Shown piece by piece: positions 28,172 through 41,988 of a DNA stretch of 64,000 nucleotides. The first letter of the stretch is position 1, and the number at the start of each line of letters is the position of its first letter. This stretch comes from Octopus vulgaris (Eukaryota), in the NCBI GenBank assembly GCA_951406725.2, contig OX597814.1:91760001-91824000 (forward strand), given 5' to 3'. Under the pieces are notes generated by a model, which had not been told where the DNA came from, searched no databases, and saw nothing but the letters and a program-made list of their open reading frames with translations. Both the position numbers and the translations under genes were made by a program.

Positions 28172-30011
28172 GTTGAGTCATTTGATTCCCTTTGTATTTG
28201 ATGTGTGTCCGCTCCATGTGAGTTTTGTTATTGTTAAATTGTTGAAGGTCTACCACACCTAAATTGTTATATTACTGAATCGTTAAATTTGTTACCTGTG
28301 AATCTTTATTTCTCTTCCCCATTTATAGGTGAAGTTGTGAATAACGACATTATGGAAAGTCAAACAGTTCCAGCAGGCAGTTACGCTGCAGTAACTGGGA
28401 AAAGTCAAACCGTAGATGTCCTGAAAGTGAGAGAAATTCGACTGAACGACACGAATTTCAAGAAGTACAACGAATTGTTAAGAAAGGAAGGAGACAGCCT
28501 GAGGCTGACGCCGCCTTAGGAAATTACTGAAAAAACTGAAAAGAGGACTGTAATATACAGAACGCTGTCCCTTGCTACAAAAAGAGTGGAAATAGCTGCA
28601 GTAGAGGCAGTCGAGTAATGCTGAAAGAAATCAAAAGTCTAACTACGTACTACACCAGAGGTAAAAAATACGGTACAGTTGAGGTAGACTTCGCGAGTGA
28701 TCAAGAAGCGATAAAACACTCCACTGTGCCTTTGAGATCAAATGAGTGGGTACTACTATCAACCTACTGCGGTAAACGTACGGCCAGAGTGAGGATTGGT
28801 AGAGTGTCCCCAGAAATTGACGAGGGGTGGCAGCCATCCTCTGTAATACAGAAGAGGAAACCAAAATACTGAAAATCACAAGAACTACGGAGGCAAACTG
28901 AGTGGATACGATGTCGGTTCACACCAGTTTACCAGACCTCCACAAAATTGCAGAGGAATTGGTGCTCCCAGACGAGACGAAGCTGAGAGCTGTAGTGGAA
29001 GGAAGACCTCCCATATGCTATTAACGTGGAATACGGGGAGACATGAAAGTTAAGTGCCCTCAGAAACACGAAGAGAAGGTGATGGAGATGGAACAGCAAG
29101 AATACGTAGACGTGCAATGTATAAAGGAGCAGAGGCCAGTGGAAATGTGGAAGAAAGATATAAAGTGATGAAGAGAAAGAAAAGACAAGAAAACGCGGAC
29201 TCACCACCAAAGAGTCCCACGGAGACGAGAAAAGGAAGTGTAGAGGAGAGTGTTACCAAAAGGAGGAGAAGCGAACGAACAGAAAAGAAGCGAGATATCA
29301 GCAAAATTAAGTGAGGGAGACGAAGAGAGAAAACAGAGAGCGATACCAGCAATTAACACGGAGGAGAAAGTAAAAGGACAGGGAAAAAGAAAGATAGAAG
29401 AGAAATGACAACAACATCGAGTGAAAGACAAGCAGAGAAGAAAGAGATGGAAATACCAACAACAGCAGAAGAGATTAGTGAAGGAAATTAGAAACACTGA
29501 AAGGAAAACAATTAAAACAATGACACAGTACAGGAAAATGTAAAAATTGGAAAAAAGATAACGAAAATGAAAAATGTAATTAGGATGAAGTTGGCGCCCA
29601 GGGAGTGCAATGAAGGAATTAATGCAGTCTTGCTTGTAAAAGAGAAGTGTGAAAGGTTGTAGGAACATCCCGGGGAAATGACAGAGATATTACCGTTGCA
29701 GTTTCGATTCAATGAGTTGCCACCGGTGGTGGTATTCGATGACATAGTGGAATATCTAATATAAAGGAACGTAAGTTTAAAAGTTTAAAATAAGGACTTT
29801 ATTTTAATGATGGAAGAAAAGAAGAATAATGTACTGTGTTATATATAAACAGTAAAATGGAATTGCCCGCTTGTGGGGGTCAGATAAGTAATTTCATCTC
29901 ATTTATTCATAATTTCATTCGTTATATGTTTTATGTATCACACTGTATAGTTTTGTCTGTATTTGTATTGTCCCATCTTTATACGAGGCCTTGTGCCTAA
30001 TAAAAGAAATC
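28172..30011 (+). mobile_element. L1/Tx1-type ORF1-only element with polyA signal and 16-bp TSD
   Basis: GKKYGTVEVDFASDQEAIKHSTVPL and VVEGRPPICY; ends GCCTAATAAAAGAAAT; TSD AGGACGTT(A/G)GTGT(T/C)GT at 28156-28171 and 30012-30027. Confidence 0.75.
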
Positions 30012-30027
30012 AGGACGTTGGTGTCGT

Positions 30028-31540
30028 AGACTAACAACTGGTTTGAGTTTAGTCATTTTTGACAACGGTTTTGGATTGCCGTTACATGTTCAAGGCTTTC
30101 TCTTCAAGATCGTCCGTTGTTGAGATTATTGTATATCGCTGTTAAGCATTATTGTTGAGCGACTCGCAAGTGATTGTTTTTTTGGGTTTTTTTGCTGTTT
30201 TCTCCCCATTGTGGGGCTGAAAAGTTGTTTTCTTCATTATGGAGAACTATGCAAAGGCCGCTGAAAGCGAAAGAGATAACAATGAATATAGAAGAGATAA
30301 TAAGAAGTTAACAGTTTGTGCAAATGCAAGGAGACGCAATAAAGCTGGTCCCTCCAGAAGATCAGTCAAGGATAAGAGTGATACGATGGTGGTGTACCGC
30401 ACTCAAGCGGTCGCCACAAAAAAATTGAAATCCTATCAAAAGACGACGTGGAGAAATGTTTGGAACCCCTGATGAAAACAGCAACTTTAGTTAGGTGAGG
30501 AAAGAAATATGGTATGGTGGAGGTGAGGTTTGCCACAAAAGAATAGATGGCCTCACATTTCACCACTATTTTACGCATTGAAAAGGTGACGCTGCTGCCC
30601 ACGTATAGGCGCAGGTGAAGTTTTCGCATTTGCATTGGCAGGGTGCCCCCAGAAATAAAGACTGAGTGGTTGGTAGAAGCTGTTATGGGTACCACCGAGG
30701 AGAATTCCGAATTAGGATCAGTGGAAAAAACGAGTATGCTAAAATGCGGCACCGATATGTGGCTTTTTGTCACTTTCGAAGACATTCAAAGGATCCCCTA
30801 CCAGACAGATTCCGGGAGAGAGCTCCCTCAAAGTGATTGTAGAGAGACGCCGACCAAAGTGTTACGAATGTGGAGTGATAGGCCACATGAAGACGCAGTA
30901 CCCCAAGCACAAACCTCCTCAGAGTGGGAAGGGAGCAAGAAGTAGAGACTGGAGTACCAACCGAAGCAATAAAAGACGGAAACATTAAAAGCGATATGGA
31001 CTCCGTATCCAGGGATACGGAAGAGGTGGAGCCGAAGAAAGACAGAACGAAGGCAGCAGATGAGGAGAGTGGAGGATTTGTCAGCTTCAAAAGGAGGAAG
31101 AAGGCGAAATCAAGAGAACACTCGAAAAGACCAGCAGCAGAAACAGCTAGGACGGCCAAAGAAGGTAGTGAGCCGCCTATATTGAGGCATACGCAGACAG
31201 TAAAGACGGAACCAAGAGAGAGAGGGAGAGAGAGAATCGTTGGAGGAGAATGCACAGCACGGTTTTAGAAATGAGGCTTTCACAGTCTATTACTAAAATA
31301 ATCTAGATGTAGAAAGGAGAATTTCCAAGTGGAAGGGATTAGTAAGTGTGAAGCTGCTCGTGGAGGATTTCAAGGAGGAGGAAAGATGTGTACTATTGAA
31401 TGTCGATAGATACGACACGTTCAGAAAATCATATATAAGGTATATAACTTCATTTGACGGGCCGGTGTGGTTTCAAGCCCTACCACCCGTAATTGAACAT
31501 AGAGAGTTGAAAAAGTTTAAAAAAACGCTCTGAGAGATTT
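30028..31540 (+). mobile_element. Second L1/Tx1-type ORF1 relic in tandem
   Basis: KYGMVEVRFATKE, IGRVPPEIKTEWL and KVIVERRRPKCYECGVIGHMKTQ (CCHC-like knuckle). Confidence 0.7.
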
Positions 31541-31565
31541 AGAAATGCAATATTTCTAACTTCAC

Positions 31566-31626
<61 letters not shown>

Positions 31627-31644
31627 CGTATGTGTGTATACATA

Positions 31645-31684
<40 letters not shown>

Positions 31685-31890
31685 TGGTGAAATAGAAAGA
31701 TGAATAATCTTGTTGCAGATTAATCAAAAGTTTAACCGATACCTTGGTAGCAAAAATCACAGCAGAAGACAGCACGGTTGGAGGTACAACCATATGGTGT
31801 TGCAACCGTGCGTTGGTGCGGATAATTGAATTTTAATATTATTAGTGAATTGAAGAAATGGAGTTGAACGAAGATTGAACAGAAATCGTT

Positions 31891-31990
31891 TTATTGCATT
31901 CTACACGTGTTTCGAAAGCCACAATTTACCAAATTCCGATTGAATAAGGAGACCATATTGTGTCTTTCTCTTCAGGAAGAAATAGGAATT
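31891..31990 (-). ncRNA. Type-I hammerhead ribozyme
   Basis: CTGAAGA; stem II GAAAGACACAAT/ATTGTGGCTTTC (11/12 pairs); GAAAC-ACGT-GTA with palindromic stem III ACACGTGT. Confidence 0.8.
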
Positions 31991-32279
31991 CCGTTGGCAA
32001 AAACAAAAACAGAACAGAGGCGCAGCAAAACAAATCGAACGAGGCTCCTAAGAGCCCATGGCCAAACTTATTATCAATGTATGTTGAAATCGGGTGGTGG
32101 GTGCGTTGAAGATTTTAACAGGTCAGGCAGCGGTCATTCCGGTGGGTGAGAGCACGGGGTGCGTAGATGTTCTTTGTGACCGAGACTAAGGTTCTTACTA
32201 TTTAAAGAATATTACGTGTATTATATGGGGCGAGTAAAAATCTACTTAGAAACATGTGTGTGTGAACTGTTCTATATGT

Positions 32280-32479
32280 GCGCGGCCGCAAGTTGGTAAG
32301 AAGCGCTACACACTGGTCACTGCTGAAAAATCCGTCAGGCGGCAGAAAATATTTTATGTGTTCGTATGTTCGTTTAATCGCGCGGCCGTCAGTTGGTAAA
32401 CAGCCCTACACAATGGTCACTGCTGAAAAATCCGTCAGGCGGCAGAAAATATTTTATGTGTGCGTGTGTTCGTCTAATC
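32280..32479. repeat. ~100-bp tandem duplication in the PLE 3' UTR
   Basis: GCGCGGCCG...AATC unit present twice. Confidence 0.85.
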
Positions 32480-33339
32480 ATGCTTTGTCAAAAAAAAACC
32501 CCGTCGTCAAACCAAAACACCAGTCGCCTACTGGGAGTAATTCCCCTTGCAATGGTTAATCATATTTCTCTTAAAAAGCTTTTTCAAAATTTATTTCCAA
32601 GGGCTATTTTCATATAAGTAGGGTAACCGGGTGCAAGTATCATTTATAAGCGTCATTTATAAGCAAGATAAGTATAACGCCGCCAATGGGGGCATCGAAA
32701 AGCCGACTGTAAAAGTCCGTTTACCATCCGGTCTCTGGCGAACAATATATGGAAAAGCTCGGAGACACAAAGGTTGCACTTCCTTCTGCCCCTATCAAAT
32801 GGGAGGGCCACCGACAAAATTGACCATTCCAGCCTGTAGCTTGAGTTCGTATTCTTCAATCGCCATATTAGCTTGCTAAGTCCCGTGGTCTGGCAATCTT
32901 CGTTCAACTCCATTTCTTCAATTCACTAATAATATTATATATATATATATATATATATAAGAATGTTACCGTTAAGTGGTTAACTCTAGTGCTAGAAATA
33001 GCTCTTGGTGTTAAACTGATGGTATTATTAAATTAATATCTAATTTTTCACCTTCATTTATGGATTTATATATATATATGTATATATATACATACACACA
33101 CATACATTCGTGGCTCTGTATTTGTTTGCGTCTGTATGCTTAAAGTTTGATACATCCTTAGTTGGATACAAGTATGTATCTGGATAATTATATATGTATA
33201 TACGTTTTTGTATGTATATATAATTTAATTTATATTAATTCATATAATATTTATATTTCATGCTTTTTATAAGTACGTAAACTGATAATTTTTTAAGGCT
33301 GTTAAACCGAAGTACTATTTGCAGAATAACGAGGAGGCA

Positions 33340-33379
<40 letters not shown>

Positions 33380-33424
33380 ATATATATATATATATATATG
33401 TATGTATATCATATTATATTATAT

Positions 33425-33456
<32 letters not shown>

Positions 33457-33480
33457 TGTATGTATGTATGTATGAATGTT

Positions 33481-33537
<57 letters not shown>

Positions 33538-33879
33538 TATTATATTATATTATATTATATGTATGTATGTATGTATATAGGAAAATTTGTTTTGAAAATG
33601 CACCTAAATTTGAAAAACATGTTATTAAATAAATTGTAATTAATTTTAAATAAATTTATTTACATACTTACCATGCTAGTTTCAAGAATATTTTTTGTTA
33701 TCAATAGTAAAAATTTTAAATTATGAATTAGAAAAACATGTTTAATGTTTTAAATGTTTACAAGTTTCAATAAAATCAAATCTGATTTACATGTACATAA
33801 CATTCAATGATATAAAAATGTGGATAATCTTGTTTAAATGCGCAAAATTAATAGTGTTAGAAGTGATCAATAAGAAATG

Positions 33880-34900
33880 TGGATCACTAAAGTTTCGGTC
33901 ATACCGAGTTAAGATGGAGAAAACAAGGGAGAAATGAAGATAGTGAAAAAAAAGGGTTTTGCTTACAGTTTCTGCGATTCTTTTTCCAGTCGTGTGGAGG
34001 GACTTTCGCTTGTGACGACGTTTTTTTTTAATCCGGTGTAGTTATAATTTGTTTCCGTGAACTGATCTGATTTTCGATTCTTTAAAGTACTGGTAACGAC
34101 TTATTTCTCTGGTAGTCAAGTTTGTAATTCTACCTGGTTGATTTCCCAGTGAGGAACGAACGGTCATCAGCCGTTGAGTCCCTTAAAGGGTCATTTATTG
34201 TTTTTGTTGAAGTTCGGTTTTGAGCAGAGATAAAATTTCATTGGTCTAAAGTTAGGTGACATCAGCAACTGGTGTTTATAAAATTTCATTGGTCTAGTGT
34301 TAGGTGAAGTTAGTAACTATTGTTTGTATGGTGTTAGTGTATGGTGATTTCGAGTTGCGGTTTGAAAACTCGCGAGGAAGACTGTTGCTCAAGTATTTTT
34401 AATTATGTCTGTTGTATCTGGTTATTTTTCTGTGGTGTAAGACTGTTACTAAAGTTTTTTTTAATTATGTTTGTTTTGCATGGTTGTGTTTTTCTGGAGA
34501 GATTAAGTCTTCTTTCCTTTTTACCGTTAGTATATTTTCTTTTTTCTAAAGGATATTCAGCTGTGGTTTATATTTTTTAAATGTTTATGCTTTCTCTATT
34601 TAAACGGAATTGGATTGAAGTGTTTCCAGTGCATTGATAGAAATGGAAGATTTGCTATTTCGGGTTTATGTTTACGGGGCATTGGTCTAGGTGTTTGCTT
34701 TCGGAAATGTTTCTGGTCGTAGGGTCCCGGATTTTTGCCTGTGCAACATTTGACTGTCCCTGAAGGTTAAGCTTGTTTGACCTATGTAATCTTCACCACA
34801 CCCTCCACATTTGGGAACATAGATTGAGTTGTTCGAAGCACAGGTGAAGTGATTTTTTATGGTAAAAGTTTGACCTGACTTAGATTTTTCAAGTGTAGAT
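33880..34900 (-). mobile_element. PLE 3' remnant with GIY-YIG fragment
   Basis: FTIKNHFTCASNNSIYVPKCGGCGEDYIGQT (ORF 34687-34938); left boundary uncertain. Confidence 0.7.
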
Positions 34901-34974
34901 GATCCCAATGGGGGAGATGAAGAGTAAACTATGATCAAAATAATAAGACAAAGAAATACTTTAACGCATATTTA

Positions 34975-35052
34975 ATTATTCGTTACAATTGTTTCTGTAC
35001 CGCCAGTTTACGCAAAATATCGGAGTTATATTGGCAGTTCATCAGACTTGCA
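34975..35052 (-). ncRNA. Type-I hammerhead motif
   Basis: CTGATGA-ACTGCCA...TGGCGGT-ACA-GAAAC-AATT-GTA; palindromic stem III ACAATTGT; stem I weak. Confidence 0.65.
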
Positions 35053-35639
35053 TCAAATGTGCGTTCTTACATTGTGCGTCTTCCGGGATCTCTGGAAAAC
35101 GCACCGTATAAGAGAGCACTTATTTGGATATTATTATGGAATCCGACAGGGTTGATAGCCCAGTACGCAGGTTGAGTAGTTCTCTGGAAACACCTTATCT
35201 TTATAGCCTACCAGGGTGTGTATGTATGTTTGCGTGTTTATATATATATATATATATATATACACATGTACATATATATACATATACACATACAAATATG
35301 TGTGGGGGGAGTTTATATAGTTTTAATATATGTTTTATATATTTTATAAGTGAAAGTGTACTGCGTTTGTCGACCGGTATTGCTTTCGCTAATCATGGCA
35401 TTGAAATTATTGTAATGTCTTATTTTCTTAAGAAGATATTAATCCATGTTGTGTGTGGAATAGTTTGTGAATGAATGATTCAAAGAGTAGAAAAATCGTT
35501 ATATTGGGAACAGGTGATCGTTATAACTGGGGACAGGGGAAGTAATTGCTCATCATTCAGGGAGGGGATAAACAAATATATATACAAAAACTCAAACTCT
35601 AATATAGTGAGATGAAATATGTACAGAGATGGGTATGTG

Positions 35640-37745
35640 ATCATGAAAAAAATATATAACCTGGGACCAAAGTTGTTTATATGTTCACATTTAGGTGTGT
35701 TCTGTAGTTTTTCGATGAATACATTTTCTTGTACAGAAATTGTTTCTTTACACTAGTAGATGGGAAAAACAATGAACTTTGGTTGGATATTACCTATACA
35801 TCTCTCTATGTGTTCATTCAAAGGAATGTGTCTACAATGTGGAAACGTGATCTGTTCCTTATGTAATGTTGTTCTCTGCCCCAGTGTTATATTTGGCTGG
35901 CCTACATAATTATATAGAAAATAAGAAATTACAATAATTATATATGTGAAGGCGCATGGCTCAGTGGTTAGAGCGTCGAGCTTACGATCATGAGGTTGTG
36001 AGCTCGAATCCCGGACCGGGCTGCGTGTTGTGTTCTTGAGTAAGACACTTTATTTCACGTTGCTCCAGTTCACTCAGCAGTAGAAATGAGTTGCGACGTC
36101 ACGAGTGCCAAGCTGTATCGGCCTTTGCCTTTCTCTTGGATAACACTGGTGGCGTGGAGAGGGGAGGCTGGTATGCATGGGCGACTGCTGGTCTTCCATA
36201 AACAACCATGCCCAGACTTGTGACTAGGAGGGTAACTTTCTAGGTGCAATCCCATGGTCAGTGTCGTGACCGAAGGGGGTCCCGGATCCCGGATATAATT
36301 ATATCCACAACCTGAACAAGGAATGATATAAATTAGATTCTAGGAAGCACAAGTGAAGCTAGTTTTAATTGTGAACCTCACTTCTTGTTTGCATAGTAAT
36401 TTCAACCCTTCCAGTGGGTGGGGGCATATTCCACAGTTTCAGCGTCCACATTTTTTAACCGTTGGTTTCATGGTCGTTGTGTAAATCTTTGCATTTGTTG
36501 GATGTATTTCCAGTGATTTGTGCTGCTTTTTGCATTTGATGAATTTATGTTTTCTAAATGTTGTTAATTTTTGGGTCCCCAATGAGCACAGGTAGATTTT
36601 GTACAATAGTGTTGTATGCGTCATTGTTTCTAGTGTTTTGAGACAATGTGTGGTGTTAAGTTTTGTTTCTCTTAGTGTTTTAATGCCTAATTTCTTAGCA
36701 TGCTTAATTCTATCGTCTATAAGTGTGAGTGGATATTGTCTTTCAGTTAGTGTAGTTCTGAGGTCTAGAAGACGCAAGTCCCAAGTTTCCATCAGACACT
36801 ATTGTGCAAATCCTTTTTGCTAAACTAAAGGGTATATTTCTTTTGATGCTTTGCCATGAGCTAAAAAGGAAATATTGCTTCGAGTTCGTTGATTTATGAG
36901 AAATGCCTGTTACAATTTGGTTGTTGATGTTTTTTAATCATAATATCTAAGAAACGGAGTTGTTCTTTGCTATATTCCATTGTAAATTGAATGTTAGAGT
37001 TTATATTATTTAGTATTAATTTAAATTCCAAAAGTTTATCAATGGTCTCCTTCCAAATGACAGAGCAGTCACCCAGATATCTTTATATTTTTTCCATTTC
37101 TTTCTTGTATAATGGTGAAATTGATATCAATATTTTTGCAGTGACACTTCATATATGGTGAATTCAAAATCCCCTATTATTAGGTTCGTAAGATCAAGGG
37201 CTGCTTCCATTCCCATCGCTATTCTGCATTTTTTACGATAGTAAATGTCATCAAATAGGAAACAATTCTTCTGAAGTATAAATTTTAAAGTTTCAAAAGT
37301 AAAATCTAGTATATGAATTGAAGTACTTTGGAGTACATTTCTAACCAGAATTTCATTACTTCTATTCCATAGCCATGTGGGATGTTGGTGTAAAGGTTAA
37401 TAACCTCGTTGGTATAAAATATCAGGGATCTTAATTATGATTGAGAATCTGGGGGTACTGTATAGGTTGAAATTCTGTAGGTCGAGTTTCTTCAATGAGG
37501 GATAGAAGTCCCTTGGATATTTCTAGTTGCTGGGGAGAAATAATTATTCCTAACACTAGTTTGGATTCTTTTCGTATTTCTTATTATTCCTAGATTGACA
37601 GCAGTTTACTTCCAAGTGAGGAGTTAGTTTTGTGTGTTTGTGTTCTTTTAGATGTTTACAGTTTGATCTACTTGGATGTATATTTACTTCTGTAGATGCA
37701 TTTGTTCTACATTTTATCAGAAATGGGTTAACTGAATTGTAGTCT
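35640..37745 (-). pseudogene. Decayed PLE RT-GIY-YIG coding region (different family from the 8-kb element)
   Basis: NLYTNIPHGYGI, IAMG..AA, RYLGDC (degenerate YxDD) and FTCAS*NLIYIIPCSGCGYNYVGQ. Confidence 0.8.
35949..36282 (+). mobile_element. tRNA-derived SINE (family B) inserted in the GIY-YIG motif
   Basis: A-box TGGCTCAGTGG, B-box GCTCGAATCC; ATAATTATAT duplicated at 35906-35915 and 36295-36304. Confidence 0.85.
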
Positions 37746-37790
37746 CCTTTAAACTGAGTTTCGTAAGAATGAAAGTTTGTTACTACATAC

Positions 37791-37848
<58 letters not shown>

Positions 37849-37960
37849 CCACATCCATATACACGTACATATGATCGCGTGTGTGTGTGTGTGTTTACAT
37901 ATATATATATATATATGTGTATATGTGTGTGTGTGTGTGTGTGTATGTGTGTTTGTGTGT

Positions 37961-38294
37961 AAAGGCGCATGGCTAAATGGTTAGAGCGTCGAGCTTACGA
38001 TCGTGAGGTTGTGAGTTCGAATCCCGGACCGGGCTGCGTGTTGTGTTCTTGAACAAGACACTTTATTTCACGTTGCTCCAGTTCACTGAGCTGTAGAACT
38101 GAGTTGTGACGTCACAGGTGCCAAGCTGTTCGGCCCCTTTGCCTTTCCCTTGGATAACACTGGTGGCATGGAGAGGGAAGGCCGGTATGCACGGGCGACT
38201 GCTGATCTTCCATAAACAACCTTGCCCGGCCTTGTGCCTGGGAGGGTAACTTTCTAGGTGCAATCCCACGGTCAGTCGTGGCCGAAGGGGGTCT

Positions 38295-38295
<1 letters not shown>
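37961..38295 (+). mobile_element. tRNA-derived SINE (family B)
   Basis: Close homolog of 35949-36282; B-box GTTCGAATCC. Confidence 0.85.
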
Positions 38296-38384
<89 letters not shown>

Positions 38385-39431
38385 ATATGTATGTGTATAT
38401 ATACATATATAAATTAGAAATGGAAACCAAAGCAATAAATTGAACAATTAAATAGTTTAATCATTAAATGATAAATTCCATTCAATTTAATTATTTCATA
38501 CAAACAAATGACGCATCTCACTTCATTAATAAAACCAAGTTTTTCAAGAATAATAAAATCCCCTTTAAATATAATGAGGTTTCACCAGATCGACATATCT
38601 TCTTAAATAATTCACGGAAAATACAAATTGTAACTTTTTATAACTGCTCGCGCTTCTCAAAAAAAAAAAAACGCTTTTTGAGAGCGAGATTGGTCATAAA
38701 TAAAGAACCTAATTACGTAAATTCCTAAATTTACGTCTATTAGTATCCAGTCCTATAACAGATATTGTTGCATAATACACACAATTGATATATACATATC
38801 TATATATATTTATATATACACACGTACATCAGTTCATTTATGTATATATACATGCATACACGTACGTATAGAGACATGCAAATTCACATACACAAGTTTA
38901 CTTATTCATCTGTATGTATATATATATATATGTGTGTGAGTGTGTGTGTGTGTGTGTGTGCGTTTGTGTGTGTGTGTGTATATACCTTTAAATCCTTTAA
39001 AAAGTTTCAGCCCGAAAGCTGCGGCCATGCTGGGGCACGCACAACGACCTCGAACCGACAAGAGTAAACAAGAGAGACAGAGACAGGCAGAAACAAGGTG
39101 ATTGTCCCTTGTATTTGAATGCTATACAAATAATTTTTTAAAAAGTTTTCTTTTAATTTTTTCCAAAATTTAATTGTTTTCCACACCTACAGTTGAAAAT
39201 GTCTCAATGACTGAAACCAGTACTGAAATGTTTTATATAAAATTATTTTAGCATTTTCTAACTTAACATTTACCCATATATATTTATATTTCACAATAAT
39301 GACTTTTATTACTTCTATTCCTACCTCAGTTATTCTAATTGTATATACCTATCGTTACTTTTCATAAAAAAGCTTTTACATTTTTTGATTGCCAATGCGC
39401 ATTTTCGTTTATTTTTCTTCTTATTTCCCCA

Positions 39432-39522
<91 letters not shown>

Positions 39523-39881
39523 TGTATGTATGTATGTATGTATGTATGTATATACATACACATAATATGCATACATATACAATTCACACGCATATGTATA
39601 TATATTTATGGTAAAAAATTATTACATTAATTCAAATCTAAATAATAGAATTTATAATATAAATCCAACTTACAATATATTTAAGTAATAGTTTAGAGTA
39701 AATACAGGGAAGAAGCTATTTTTCTATATATAGAAACAAAACGAAAACGAAATTTCCATATTAAATACATACATACAACGAAATGTCGCAAATACGAAAA
39801 ACGAACCAAAACAAGTTAAACAAGATAAATACTGTATATCTTCATGTATATCACTTTATGGGTTGCTATGTGGGTGCATTA

Positions 39882-39918
<37 letters not shown>

Positions 39919-39923
39919 TTTAT

Positions 39924-39971
<48 letters not shown>

Positions 39972-40241
39972 CCACACTCATATACACATATACACACGCA
40001 TATTCATACAAATATTTACAAATACATTAAATTATAATTATTTAATTGTTCAATTTATTGTTTAACTTTCCACTTCTAATTTGTATTTATATATTGATAA
40101 ACTGTATGTCCATGTTATTTATTTACCTATTTGTTAAGACCAATAGTTCATAACATTGTTATTGACAGAGGTAGTAAAAACCGCTAAATTCTTCGGATAT
40201 TCAATATCCCTTAGGTGGCTATTAAACAACTAGCAAAATTG

Positions 40242-40290
<49 letters not shown>

Positions 40291-40303
40291 TATGTATAAT
40301 TTA

Positions 40304-40359
<56 letters not shown>

Positions 40360-41988
40360 TGGGCCATAAGAAATTCAAACGGAAGACAAAATTATAAACA
40401 AGGACACAATATAGTACCAGCATTGCTAGAAACAGGAGTCAAAAACGACTTAAAAAGGCTCCCTTTCGTCAACTTATTGGAGTTTGTGCTTTTTGCGGCT
40501 TTTGATTCTCTTTTGACTCTTGTTTCTAGCAATGTGAGTTCTATTTTTTACCCTTGTTTATACACATACATACATGCATGCCTGCATCCATCCATCCATC
40601 CATCCATCCATACATACATACATACATACATACATACATACATACATACATACATACATACATGCATACACACACATACATACATAAACACACACATACA
40701 TACATACATACATACATACATACATACATACATACATTATTATTATAGCTGCCCCCTCGTTATCGAGTATGGCCATTGCACGAAGCTTAACTGTTACTGG
40801 TGCTGTGATCGAATGTGACTTTTTAGCCCAGCTAAAGATCTACAATGTCTTGTACAAAATTGGCAACTAAAACCTTTAATGGTAATACATACATACATAC
40901 ATACATACATACATACATACATACATACATACATACATAGGTACGTACACACATAACATACTATTTACTTGCTAATAGGTACAGCAAAAATGTACTCCTT
41001 TCAGCGAGAGAGGTAAATATCATTTGATGACATTTACCGAATTTATAAGCGAATGACTTGAAGTATCCTGTTCGGATATTGCAGTTAATACACGACCTTT
41101 TCATTCAGGCTCAAATAACATGGCCACTCATGAAGAAATATGTGAAAAACGAGAAAAATTATAGAAAAATTAAATTAAGAAAAATATTAAGAAACCTCCT
41201 ATTGAAAAGATTGTTGATTCCCGTCAAGGAATTGATGCCTTTATCCGTTAAGTGAGGAATCTTGTTAACGATGCGTGTTCATTTTAACTAGGCGTTGTCA
41301 TTTCGTGCATTAAGCCTTCTGGTGATAGTCGACTAGAGAGGTTACAATACGTTAAATGGTATGTCTAATGTGGTTAGTGGAGGGCGCGTTTTGCAATTGG
41401 ATGACAGAAATATCTCGAGGTGTGTACATCTTGTCCAGATTTTAGATCTCAAGTTTAGGAGGCTGGTGCAGTCCTTGGATCTAATACAGGTATGTGTTCT
41501 TTCGATAATACAGAGTTTGCACTTTCTTACCCTTTAATATACGGTCTAGATCTCACTAAAATCGTCCACTTATGCGGTGTTACAACTAAATGTGGCTGCT
41601 TGCCACACAAAGGAGGACACGAGTGTAGCAGGTGTATTTCTTGACGTTTCCCTATTTGGCAGCGCAGAGATAACCTCGACTTCCTAGAAGACTGAATCAG
41701 CCATGCAAACTCGTGCATGTATCTAGGCTCCGGAAGTTGCTGTCTGCAGTGAACACCTCCGCTGGGCTACGTGAATTAAAGTTTTTCATATTAAGGACGA
41801 AGTTCAAGTAACATCTAAATATCATATCTGTTCTGAAGAGTATATTCCTTAAAATATTATTACCTAACAAATTCTAACTTCTTAGTGGCTTTCTCTAGAT
41901 CTAGTTTTAAGTACTTATAGGCCCTACCCTAATTCAAATGAAAACCTTAGTATATACACAAAGAGTCTGTAGATGCAATGTTCTCTTT

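Larger units (their letters stand above)
31834..32938 (-). mobile_element. 5'-truncated Nematis-like PLE (GIY-YIG end + pLTR) with inverted pLTR tail
   Basis: ORF 32653-32913 TTGLSKLIWRLK..CNLCVSELFHIL is homologous to 10400-10639; ~45-bp inverted terminal repeats 31834-31877 / 32894-32938. Confidence 0.85.

Noticed and set aside
32316-32360. HHR-like CTGAAAA...GAAAATATTT in the 100-bp tandem repeat
   Set aside because: C3/A8 mismatch, poor stem I, and antisense to the host PLE
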